The notes beneath the pieces are model-generated. The model ran no database searches. It had not been told where the DNA came from and was given only the letters and a program-made list of their open reading frames with translations. The position numbers and the translations under genes are program-made. Of a stretch of 64,000 nucleotides of DNA, positions 27,315-40,472 are shown piece after piece. Source of the stretch: the human T2T-CHM13v2.0 reference genome, Homo sapiens; assembly GCF_009914755.1 (NCBI RefSeq), contig NC_060928.1; one strand, given 5' to 3'. The stretch's first letter is position 1, and each line of letters opens with the position of its first letter.

Positions 27315-29731
27315 TCTTTAGTGGAAATGCATCTACATAGTGATGCCAACCATAGCTTCCAGTGCTCATTCTGTAAGCATAATTTTTACAATGTTTTTCT
27401 CCTGTCTATAACCAAGGATGTTTTCATAAGGCACAATGAATCTGCATATGTTGTAATTTCCGTTACATTTGGCCTGATACCATAGGCAAAACACTAATAG
27501 CTGATGGAAGTTAGGCTGTGTCTTTAGTCATCTAGTAAAGCAACACTATCTGGATCTCTGGATGTCTATGAAATAAGGAAAAGGTCATCCATTGATTTGA
27601 TCCGCAATGAATTTGCAAATTTATATGGAAGTCCACATGATTATTTGAATCTTATCCAAAACTTATCCTAAACCAATTAATGACTTAGATGTAAGACCAC
27701 AAAGTCAGTTTAAATATTTTAATGAGCCATCTAGTACAATAAATATGGCAAAATCATTTTTTCTTATCCTTCTATCTTTGAGTAATTACATATCTCGTAT
27801 GTGAAAAAGTGTGAACATGGTTTATATCACAAACTCTGTACACACAGAGACATATACACACATATTAGTGTATACCATTTATAGCTGTATTAGTCTTTTA
27901 TTTAGTCATGATGTTTATAGATTAATATGTGAAAAATATCTAAGCTTAAACATACACAATGTTGAAATAAAATATACTATAATCAACAGCTTAATGACTG
28001 TACATGAAATCACTAGCATCATCACATTTTAGAATTACAAGGTGTCAAACAGTCCCCTCATTTTAATAGAAGAGGAGACTGAGGCCCAGCATGAAACAGT
28101 GACTTGATTGGGATTACAAAATTGTCAGGGATATAATGTGGACTAGAGTCCAAGTTATGGAATGTAGTGTCCAGTATTCTTATTTATCTGATCATACTAC
28201 CTTTGGGGGAAAAAAACTGAATTTCTGTAACTTTCTGTGTGTGTATTTCAATTGCAGTAGAAATCTGTTGAAATTTACTTACTTATTTATGACTATATAT
28301 TTGGCTATGAAGATTGACATCTTTACAATAGACTATAATTCTGCTTTAGGCTCCAGTTCTTCTGTGTAAAATTATCTGGGAAAATATAATTCAAAATTTA
28401 CAGAATTTTAAAGAAGTTAATAATTCTTTTCCCTCATGTAGGATTGTAATTGATAACATAGAGTAAAGCATCTTAACATGGTTAAGAACATATATTCTGT
28501 TGACAGAATTTTTAATATTAGCAGAACAATGATAACAGACATAAGTTCCTTCCTAGCAATTAGTATATTTCAATAAAAATTCATTTAAATAGAAAAGAAT
28601 TAAAACATTCTACACATTATGTATGAAACTTTTTATGCATTCTAATTGTGATAATCTTTTACCTTTTTCATCAATATTGATAATTACTTTTGACTTCTGG
28701 GCTTGTGTGCATTTTATCAACTTTGCACATACATTTTATTTTAGTAGCATCCTTAACACACAGTCATGCACGAATGTTTTCTCTTAATTTGTTTTCTAGC
28801 AAGTTTTTAGAAGAATATGACATTTTGTTAACTTTCAATTGGATTGCTTCCTTGTTAGGCAGTTAACCAATCTAGTGTACTAGATTCTAAATTTGCACAG
28901 TGATAAAATATAAATTATTGAATCTATTAATTTTAAAAATAAAATCTGAACTATTTTAAAAACTAAATATAGTGTGACAAAGCCATTACTTCAACACAGC
29001 AATCTACTCTATTAAACATTTTAACATCTTTTCTTTCCTGGGAGGATGTGGTGGTGGAGATTATGTAGGAGATTTAGTATAATTATATACAGTATTTTAA
29101 ATATATATATAACTTTAAATATATAACATGACTTTGTTTAGAATAGTCATGTATAAAGAGTGTATAATCGATTTCTAGACTATGGCAAGGTTTCCCATTC
29201 ATTTATTTACTATGACTCTATAGAAATAGTAAGAGCTGTTCCCATATATCTAGAGTAAGCTTTGCTTTTCTTAGTTTTTTTAAAAAAACCCATAGAATCT
29301 TTTCTAAAGCAGTGACTCTTTTGCGGTACATTACACTGTGCTTTATTTAGCATTAGTGTTGTGGGAAAAATCACATTCTAAGAAGAATTGAGCTGAAACC
29401 ACTAAAACTAATCTTAATTATCACTTCTGGTGAATTAATGTTTTAAAGGCGGAATCAAGGTTTATTTTCAGGAATGTAGTGATGTTTGTATTGAACTCTA
29501 ATGCTGTGTACAAACAAAAAGCTATTAAAGCTCCCAGGTAGGATTCCTCTGACAAGTTAACTTCCCCCACCCCCCAAGTGTATTTATTATTTACAAACAC
29601 AAAGTTGGCATTAAAATTTTTCTTAGCTCCGAAATCTCTACTAAAGCTTTCCAATTGGGCATAAGACACTGGGGAAAATTTCTTTATCGATTTTTTTTTA
29701 CCTGCATAAATCTTTATTTTCCTTCTTTCAG

Positions 29732-29767
29732 ATGCGTCTACATCCATACATTACTGTGTTTGGCTGA
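29732..29767 (+). CDS. PCDH7: PCDH7 alternative terminal coding exon (isoform a-type C-terminus MRLHPYITVFG*)
   Basis: Strong acceptor tctttattttccttctttcag|ATG. A phase-0 join to the donor at 23575 gives 1058+11 = 1069 aa, which matches the remembered isoform a length and C-terminus. Confidence 0.93.
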   Translation: MRLHPYITVFG

Positions 29768-30200
29768 ATTCCACTCTAATATGATGCTCCATTATGCACC
29801 ATACTGTGATGACCTTTCTACTCCGAAACCTGCTGGAGCCTGCCCTTGGCCGTGGGGTGTCAGCCAATCACTGCTTGTTCCACTTGTTGTACATTTTATT
29901 TTTGAGTCTTTTTCTTTCTCATATACAGAAAAATAGTATGAAAATAAAATAAATGTATGAAACAGTATTAATGCAGAAATGTGCTACTAATGGATGTCTG
30001 AGTCACCAGAAATTCCATTCTTAAAGAGGCGGTTAGCACCTATTAGACGTAACAGTGATGTCTTTTAAAAAATCCAAAAGCATATTGCAACAATAAGTTT
30101 GAGACTTTGTGTGAACAAAGGGAAATTCAGCCTCTTATGTCTTTGTCTTTAATACATTAAATACTGATTTTGAATAAAAATCTAAATTGATCAATATTTT
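29768..30200 (+). other. PCDH7: 3' UTR of the isoform a terminal exon
   Basis: Follows the TGA at 29765-29767. It is repeat-free, has AATAAA at 29943/29948 and 30173, and GT-rich sequence further downstream. The end is approximate. Confidence 0.7.
30173..30178 (+). terminator. Polyadenylation signal candidate (isoform a, distal)
   Basis: AATAAA about 400 nt after the stop codon, with T/GT-rich tracts downstream. Confidence 0.55.
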
Positions 30201-30321
30201 TAAGTGCCATGTAATCACAGGCCTGTCAGATAGTTTTGTTAGAGTGAAGGATAATATCTTTTGCTCATTCTGTGTGTGTATTTTTAAATGCTGTTTTGTG
30301 TGTTTGTGTGTGTTTCCATAT

Positions 30322-30322
30322 A

Positions 30323-30355
<33 letters not shown>

Positions 30356-30356
30356 G
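30322..30356. repeat. (TG)n(TA)n microsatellite
   Basis: Directly visible. Confidence 0.9.
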
Positions 30357-32424
30357 CTGGAACTTTGAGCAATATTTATAAAAATATTGTCTGTAAAACA
30401 AGTTTGAGAAATTAATTTTTTATATTTATAATGGGCACTGTAATGGATTGATTTTTTTCTTAATCTTGAAATAGTGACCAAGATATTTATATCATTTTTG
30501 AATTTATTTTTTAATTCTTTAAGAAAATTTAGAACTTTTCACTTTCATTTGCTAAAGTCACTGTAGTCACATTCGGAAGGAATATGTGGCTTTCTGTTCT
30601 TTATGGACTACGTTTATCAGAAGTCCATATTTATTAAACATCCTATTTGATGTCAGATAACGTAAACTCAAGCAGCTTCAAAGAGTTCAGCATGTTACAT
30701 ATTATTGAGAGAGCAAGTGACTGAATTTTAGTTGTATAAGCAATATTATAGGTAGGTCAGGGAGTCCTCTGGATGGCCCCTCTACCTCTTTATGTTTGTA
30801 TGTTTATGTCTTTATTTGTTATGTCGTATGTGTTTATGAGCCTAGAAAATAGCCTAGAAAATAAGTGTTCCATATGTAAAGTTTAATAATTTTGTAATAC
30901 ATTTACCACGCTGTCTGCCCTATTAAAATTTTCCACAAATTTGGGAACTAAGAATGCCAAATTCTCAAGATTTTTTGGTGAATCACTCTCAATATAATAG
31001 CCACTTAAGAAAAATAAATAAATAAATATTGGAAGGCCATTGGAAGTGATAGGAAATGCACTGTAACCCCTGTGAATCTCTAATGTATACCTGAGGATTT
31101 TCATTTTATAAGCTGTGTATTTAATCTTGCAAAAGGGAAATTTTCAGAAACATCACTGCAAGTACAGTAAGATTTCTGTATAAAACTTAATTATCCTCAA
31201 CCTCTCATTTTGTTTTGAACACAAGGACTAGTGTAAGAAACTGGTGAAAGGAACCTTACCAATCTCTGCTTCTTGAAAATGCTGTTTTCCTCATTCCAAA
31301 TAGTAAACGTCACTAGATATTCTTCAAATGTAAATCCCGTAACAAGTCATATCAACTCAAAAACAAATTACAGAAAAATCAAAGTCTAGAATTTTGGGTT
31401 AATTTAATGTGCAATCACATAGAAGTGATATTTATGAATACCTTCACAAAGAAGAACATTGTAAGTTAGCATTTTCTAAACAGGTTGCAACACACTCTTG
31501 AGGTATGAATCAATTTATTGAGTCTCTACCACAATTAGAAAAGTACAAAATAAAATAGAAAAATTCAGAGTACATCACCCATAGTAAGAGTAAATATTGA
31601 CTTGTGCAATTTTTGTTTCAGTTGTGTTTGTGTGGAGGTGTGTGTTTCTGTTCTCGGTTGCTATGTTAAAAATATATCTTATTGTGGAAGCAGTTGAAAA
31701 GGTTTGAGAACCAGCACTCTAGACTGGGGTAGGAAGTTATGGCTATTTACTATTATGACTGGAAAAACATAGTAAATCAAAGCAAGAAAAAAAAATGCTG
31801 ACACTCTCAAGGATTTTAGTGTACTATTAAGCTGAATCAGAATGATCAACAGCATACTGATTACAGCAACATTTATCAACAGTAAAAAGCTTTTGAGAAG
31901 TCTATTACCATTCCTCTACTATTCTTGTGATTAAAAACAAAAAATCTTTGAACACGTGCCATTGGTTTATTGACCAGATACAGATTCCCAGTCCCCCTTC
32001 CCCAGTCCCTTACCATGCCCAGCGCCTCCCCAGCTATTCCTCACCCAGCTGTTGCTATCAAACTCAGGTCTCTAGGTCAGTGAGTCTCCTTTGTAATTAC
32101 TGGAACTTACCATTTATGGAGGTGCCTGTGGACAACGGACAGGTTTAGACAGAGCAAACCACATATTACCCTGTATAGTTTAGCATGTGGATATTTTATT
32201 TTAAACTAGAAGACAATAATTAATTCTCCATTTCAAAATCTGAGAAGGAATATGAGATGCTAGAGACTGGTCTATTTTAGAGTAGTTCATCCTTTGGATA
32301 AAGTTTTTTCCTTTATCTATCAGTACCGGTCCTGGTACTAAAAGAATAATAAGATAGAGTCTTTGCCCTCATGGAATTAATATATTATAAAGATGATAAC
32401 AGGGCAGAAAAATGTTACTTCGTT

Positions 32425-32568
32425 TCATTTAAAAATTTTATTTTATTTTTTTAAGAGACAAGTGTCTCATTATGTTGCCCAGGTTGGATTCGAACCCCTG
32501 ACCTCAGGGGATCCTTCTCCCTCAGCCTCTGAGTAGCTGGGATTACAGGTGTCCACCACCACATTGGA
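32425..32568 (-). mobile_element. Alu monomer (FLAM-like)
   Basis: Single Alu arm with T-rich tail and flanking direct repeat cagaaaaatg. Confidence 0.8.
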
Positions 32569-33207
32569 CAGAAAAATGATAGTTTATATTTGTATCATGC
32601 TTCTTAAACTTCAAAGCATTGAATACATGTTTGCTTATTTGTACCACAGAACAAACTGTGAGGAAAAGCACCAGTTTACCAAGGTGAGGATACTGAAATA
32701 ATGAACAGGTTTTTCACGACTCTAATGTAACTAACTTAAAAACCTTATAACGTCTGTGAAAAAAAATATTCAGTCATAATTCAAGAGTACTGAAAACATT
32801 TGAGGGAAGTTTTGAAATGTATGTTTTGGAATATAGAAGAATTCCTTAAAACAGGTCCAGTTTTTCAAACATTTTGAGTCACAAACTGCACTTCATACTA
32901 CTAAAAAATCATGCTTGTGGGATTAATTTGGAGATCCAATTATTCGACTGGACTTATGAACTACAGCCACATATGTGATTAAAAAACAAAACCCTCAAGA
33001 ATTAGGCAAATCACTTTATAACCCTAACTTTATTTTTTAGGTTATCTTAAAAAAAAAACACACAAAAAACCTACCAAAGTCTTTTGGGAGCAATTCCACA
33101 GTTGGAAATATCTCTCTGGGAATAATTTTCTATCTGCAACTTTGCAAAACACTTTCTTTGATGTGCGTGACTTTTTTAATCCATTCATTTTTTAGAAAAT
33201 GTATTAA

Positions 33208-33513
<306 letters not shown>

Positions 33514-35354
33514 ATAATTTTCTGTATCTTTAATACACACTGAAAGGCTTTGGAGTGAAGATACAACAACAACTAGAATAAGTTCCCTGTCTTCATACAT
33601 AGGACAATGAAAAATAATATATATGAGGCAAGGGAGACATGAAGCTCAGAGGGACTGCCGTCAAGTTTTTTTTGCCATCACAGTATTTCCAGTGCCCAGT
33701 AGAGTGCTGGGCTTAGAGGAGGCACTCATAAATGCTTGTTGAACAAATAAACAAAGGGCCTAGGCTTTGTTGCTAGGTAGCCTGCAGATCCATCCACATT
33801 GGATTGTTGGAATATGGGGTGGCTATTTTATATTAGGCTCTGAGAATCTCATAGTTGCTATTTTCTGCCCCTGCTGGGTGGGTGTCTCCAAGATGAAAGT
33901 CTACCTGCTGTGTTGGCCGGAGTCCCTGCCTTCCTTGTGTGGTGTGTGACCCTTGTTTCGGTAGCACATGGGCAATTCTCTGATCTCCCCGCTTCCCTTC
34001 TTCTCCTTGGTGGTGTAAGCACGGAAGCCTTAGACAAGCTAAACTCAAGCAAATGTTTGAGGCAAGTAAGAGACGCACTGGCCGTACAGTACACTTTGAC
34101 ATTTTGAGGGGGTATGAAGAACAATCACAAAAACGTACAGGTTTTTAGCATTTTTCTGAATATCATTATCTGGAGAAGATGTAGATACATGTGCACACAA
34201 ACACACCCACAAACCTCTGTTTTCGTCAACTGATATATTCCTGCAGATATTATTCCTTCGTTGTGCTAATCCATGCTCACCGATAAACTTTCCATCTTTG
34301 TTCAGTCAAATGTCAAGCAGCCATGTTTAAAGGTGAGGCGGGGCATATCTTGGTTTACTAAGCAAGGACGTATATGCCGTATCTTGAGAGCAACGGGCAG
34401 TGATTTGAGAGCAGAGCGATGCCTTGCAACTGAAAGTCACTTCTGAGCAGCCCAGAATTTTCGAAGGACTCCTCCTTTAAAGTGTAACTGACCGTAAGTG
34501 ACCTCTGAAGCAGTTTGGTTCAGACTTTAGCTCGCCAGGGTGTAAACTGCTCTAAGTGGATAACTAGGTCAGCAACTCACAGAGATCAATAGTCCTTAAG
34601 AAACGGGAATTTTGATTAGGGCCTTGAGGAAAGATGGGGTAACCTTGGGTAGCTTAGAAGACTGAGACTTGTGTTAACGTATCTTGAATTCTAGCGAGGA
34701 GTTGGGGAGGTAGGGTGAGATTCTATCAGCGAAGGATGTTCAAGCCTGACAAAAGCAAATGTTTGTGGCCTGGAATTTTGGGCCAGGGCCTTGGTGACCA
34801 TAAGGATGCCAGTAAACATCATGCTATATGATTGCAAGATTCGTGTGAAAAAGTAGGAAACCACTTCTTCCTATTTAGACCAAGTGGCTTGTTTGGGTTT
34901 GGTTTTTGTTTTCAGGCTAGAAAATTCAGTCTAACTGCTTCATCTCCATTCATTTTCTGCTCTCATACTTATGGGAGATAGAGGAGTACAAAGAAGAAAA
35001 AGGGGAAAAAGAAAGCAGAAAAACTGCGTGGCACCATACCCGACTCCTCTCTACTGCTGTTAGACAAGTATAGTAAAAATAGTTGCCACTTTTGACACAT
35101 TATTGCCACACAGTGGTTTCTTACCCTAACTTAACTGGAGGAAGCTGAGACTTAAAGAGGATAACAAAGGCCTGTTTTTCACTGTTGGAAGAAACTTGAA
35201 AAAATACAAATAACAAAAATCTGTGGAATATTTAGAGCAGACCAAATGTAAAGAGCTCTCCTACCCCATACTGGTTGGATGGACTAAATATTTCAATAAT
35301 TTGAGAGATAATATATTTCATTTATTTACCTGTAATCTTTTAGCAAAACAATAA

Positions 35355-35815
<461 letters not shown>

Positions 35816-36350
35816 ACAAATGTCATTTTAAATGCAGGTTTTGCATGCCGCATTCTCAGAAAATCAGTTCCAGGAAGTCTGTTCTATCGCCTAGAAACCT
35901 GAGTTTTTAACACTAACCCCTATTCTCCATTCTGATTGCAAAATGTAAGCTACGCTAGTGAAATTGGGAGTTACAGCTTTTGAAATTCTTACCACCTTCT
36001 TACTGGTTTACTCCTCAAAGGTCTCTGGAAAAATAGAAAACTAAAGCTGGATGAGGGAATCTAAATCTGCCTTCTAGCCCCAGCTCTGTCACTGATTGGC
36101 TGGTGTGACCTTGTGAAGTCCCGTTCAAGTCTTGAAGTCTCTGGAAACTCCTCTTCTGTCACTTTAGATTATAACTCCTGCTCTGATTACATGACAGGGT
36201 TTATGGGAGTCATATAAAACATTTGCAACTTTTTGAAGCACTAAAGCAACTGAAGAGAATATTTCTAATTATCTATGAATTTCTCTAACCTCTTTTTCAG
36301 TTGCATTTACACTTTTGGGGGCGTTTTCAATATATTATATTTAAAATATA

Positions 36351-36500
36351 GGCTGGGTGCAGTGGCTCACACCTGTAATGTCAACACTTTGAGAGGCAAA
36401 TGTGGGAGGATCGCTTGAGCCCAGGAGGTTGAGGCTGCAGTCACCTGTGTTCACGCTGCACTCCAGCCTGGGTGACAGAGGGAGATCCTGTCTCAAAAAA
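36351..36500 (+). mobile_element. Alu monomer (FRAM/AluJ-like)
   Basis: Single arm with ggatcgcttgagcccaggag and a short A tail, followed by (TG)n. Confidence 0.85.
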
Positions 36501-36827
36501 TACGTATGTATACATATGTGTGTGTGTGTGTGTATGTATTTGTTACACTTATCACTTGTTTGATCTTGTGATAGCTTCTTATCCTAGTCACTGTCTTCAA
36601 AGTTACAATAATTTCAGATCAAGGTGCATCAACCGAGTGTGGCCTTCCACATATACCAGTAGGCACTGGGTATTGTGAGAATGACTTTCAGTGCTGTTGA
36701 CATGTCCCTGGTAAAGGTGGAGAGGTAAAGCTTGTTGTCATAAACTAGGTAGTATAGGAAAAACTCACAATAGTTTGATAACATTCTTTTTTACATTTGA
36801 AAAAATCCAGGTTAGTAGAGAGAATCT

Positions 36828-37197
36828 ATGTGAGTCTACTCAGGATGTTATGACAAAATACCCCAGACCGGGTGTCTTAAACAACAGAAGTTAATTTTCT
36901 CTTGGTTTGGGAGGTTAGAAGTCTCATGTCAAGGTGCTGGCAAATTCAGTTTCTGATGAGGTCTCTCTTACTGGCTGTAGGTCTCTGCCTTCTCTTTGCA
37001 TCCTCAGGTGACTCTTCCTCTGTGCCTGAGTGGAGAGAGAAAGCTCTGGTGTCTCTTCCTCTTTTTATAAGAACACTGGTCCTATCAGATTAGAGCCCTA
37101 ACTTTAGTACCCCATTTAACCTTAATTTTCTCCATAAAGGCCCTATCTCCAAGTACAGTCACATTGGAGAATACAGGGCATGATTTAGTCCATGACA
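36828..37197 (-). mobile_element. MLT1A-like MaLR LTR
   Basis: caaaataccccagac...ttaaacaacagaa...tcaaggtgctggca...ccctatctccaa. Confidence 0.75.
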
Positions 37198-38089
37198 GAA
37201 TCTATTATTTTCTGAGCAAAAACACATTGGACTGGACCATTGTTTCTTCATGAGCTTGTCTTTATTACACACAGCCCGTCCATTCCTGGGAAAGTACGCT
37301 TCCCATTTTAAAGGAAACTTTCCTTCCCTTGATGAGCTCCAAAAAACCAACCTTATGGATCTGTTCTTAAATTGAAAAAAAAAAAAGGTACAATTACTAT
37401 CGTTTTTGTGGAAAATATATGAATCTATACTACGTTTGCATGGGCATCAAATTTAAAATACATTGTTTAGCTTACTATATCTAACTTATTAGGCACATCA
37501 CTGACTGCTGTCTGCAATGTTAAGCTTTCATGGAGATTTCTGACATTAAATAACATCTTAGTTTTTTCTTAATTCTGCTAACCAATAAGTGCATGAGGGT
37601 ATATTAATTAATGTAAAATCAACATTTACATGAAACAGTCTAAAAACTGTTTCACAAATTTAACAGTTCTTTTTAATGGCAATATTCATATTTAGTCTTA
37701 AAATTTTAGTGCATTTTCAGCATTAAAATGAAAAGCAATAGGAGTTAAGTGGAGAGGGAGTCAGTTGAAACAGAAATGTAGTCTTAATATTCTTCTTATG
37801 AAAGCACAGTCTCAGTGGATTTTCATGCACAGTGGCATAATTGGTCTGACATAGATCCAGTGGGTCTGATTTCTCATGGCATATGGAAACTGCCAGGCAT
37901 GTAACCAAGGCTGGTACCACGCTCTGAGTGACTCTTCACGATTATTATGTATGCATGCAATACACGTTTTATCATGAGACCAATCCATGGACAAATTAAA
38001 AATTATGCTTTTGTTCCCTTTGTGCTTTTCAATGTTTAAAATAAAATAAAAATTTCCCATGATAAAATTAATAATGAGCAACCTGGAAC

Positions 38090-38151
38090 TATATATATAT
38101 ATTTTATATATAAAAATATATATATTTTATATATATATTATATATATATAT
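38090..38151. repeat. (TA)n-rich low-complexity tract
   Basis: About 60 nt of pure A/T, mostly alternating. Confidence 0.9.
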
Positions 38152-38899
38152 CTGTGTTCCAGTGTGCTGTAGGAGTGATGACTTTGTGAGGGTAATACAG
38201 GATAAACTCATCAAAGTCCAGAAGGGGAAATTCCTCCTTCTTTTCCTTTGGTCAGCATTTCTAGGCAACAAAATGTAACAGCGAATAGACTTTTTCTAAG
38301 AAGTACCTTTCTAAGCTTCTAGAGCTAATTTTACATTTGACCCTCTACAATTAATATTATAAACTTTAACAGTTCCCTTGTTGAGGGAAATGGCAATAAT
38401 GATGGTATAAACAAATATATATTTTTTAAATTGCATCTAAATCTGTTTTTCAGTGTATTTAACTGTTGAACACAAGGATCAATTTCATATACAGAGATGG
38501 TATTTCTGTTGGATTTAGGAACAATAGATGGTAATGTCTGGATTTTTCCCAAACTAATGCTTATACTGTTAGGTCAAGGATATTAAAATTTACTCTGTTA
38601 CTAAAACTTGATGTTTTCTTTAATGTTTTACCTTTAATAAGAAATGTATGTGTGTATGTATTTATGTGTAGTGGACGTATTCATATGCATATATACATAT
38701 ACATACATGAAACACACAGAAAGAGGTAATGCGGTTGACATTTCAGAAAGAAAATAGTGAATCACTACTATATGCCAATTATGCTTAAGGTCTATTCCAG
38801 GCACCAGAGAAAAAGTAGTAAATGAAACAGAAAAAAGTTTCTTCCTTCGTGGAGTTCCAGTTTTAGTGTTGTAATATGTAAATAGTATATCAATGATAA

Positions 38900-39160
38900 T
38901 ATGTAAATACATAAATAGCTAAACTTGCATTGCACACTATATTTTAGGCACTGGTCAACATATTTCACATATATTAACTCATTAAATAGTGATAATAATG
39001 ATAAAGCAACACCTATAATTATCTTCATTTTTAGTTTTCGAAGCAATGTGCAGCAGCGTTAAGTAACTTGCTCATGGTCACACAATTTGTAAAGTGATAG
39101 AACTGAAGTTTAGGTAAGGACAGTTGGGCTGCAGAGGCCACTCTCTCTGCCACTGTGCAT
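38900..39160. mobile_element. MIR SINE
   Basis: taggcactg...tattaactcatt...ttaagtaacttgctcatggtcacaca. Confidence 0.65.
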
Positions 39161-40233
39161 ATATGAAGTAGAGGGAACACATCTATTTTACAGCCAACTA
39201 GTTCTGTGAGAATGGAATTGGATTCCCTTGCTTCTCTTCCCTTCAGTGATATTTCAACCTTGCTATTTTAGTATCTTGTACTATGTTCTTGAAATTAGGT
39301 CACTCTGTCCAATTTTTTAAAAAATAGTTTCACCTTAAATCTTACCTTATGCAAAACAAAAGATGGGAAGATGCATATTAGACCAGTTTTATCCTGTGCT
39401 TTTGGGAAACACTTCATAAAATATTTTTTCTTTTTCATTATTTTATTTCAATATTCTTCAATTCACTCATTATGTATATAGTTTGTTATTTATATCATTA
39501 GTACAGGTAGGAAAAAATAATTTCATTATTTTTGTTGATTGCCAATTGATTCAGGATAGGAAAATGCCTTTTCATAGAGAATAACATTTTGACTAGGATT
39601 TTTTTAAAAGTACATTTTGTTTACCTTTTACAAAAAAAAGATACATGTTTTTCTCTTGAGGTTTTTTTTTAATCTTTCACAATGTTTGAAAGAAAATAAA
39701 GTGAAAGTGAATTACTTATACAAGATTCTAGTTTTACCTAAATTAGTTGTTTGTTATTAAATAGTCAATTAAAATATGACCTATGTCATCTAACAGTTTT
39801 TTAAAAAATATCATTTTACTTCTTATTAAAAGCATTTATATAAATTTTTATGATACATGCTTTTTTTTTCAAAGAATATGAAACATTTTTAATCAGCTAA
39901 AGTGTACATAAGCAATACCAAAGCCCATCTGAAGTTAATTCTTTATGAAAGCAATGGTGCAGTGATTTTTTTGCTGTGACATTGTGTTCTTCATGTGTGG
40001 ATGATGCTTTTCATTGTAGGATTTTTTTTCAACTGAGATATCTCAAAATATGATCTTTGTAATATAACTTTGATATCGGTTATATAATGTTTTTAATACA
40101 TATGATCTGAGTTGATATATCATTAGAATGATTTAAAATTTTAGACTTCAAAAACTAGTGAATTAACTATGCGAGGCTGTTTCCTTAGTCCACTTATGCA
40201 TTTATAGAGTTTTGTTTACTCAACAGTAGATGG

Positions 40234-40472
40234 TTTTTTTTTTAGAGCCGAGTGTGTCACTCGGGCTCAGGTGATTCTCCCACCTCAGCCTCCCAAATAA
40301 CTGGTGCTACAAGTGTGTGCCACCATATATGGCTAGTTAAAAAAAAAAAAATTATAGAGACAGGGTTTCGCCACGTTACCCAGGTTGGTCTGGAACTCCT
40401 GATATTAAGCCATCTGCCCGCCTTGGCCTCCCATAGTGCTGGTGTTACAGGCGTGAGCCACTTCACCTGGCC
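40234..40472 (-). mobile_element. AluJ-like element with internal deletion
   Basis: Antisense Alu that jumps from gtcactc directly to gggctcaggtgattctcc. Confidence 0.85.

Noticed and set aside
30839-30862. 12-bp tandem duplication (agcctagaaaat)x2; a similar one lies near 57688-57711
   Set aside because: Ordinary slippage duplications, not an array.
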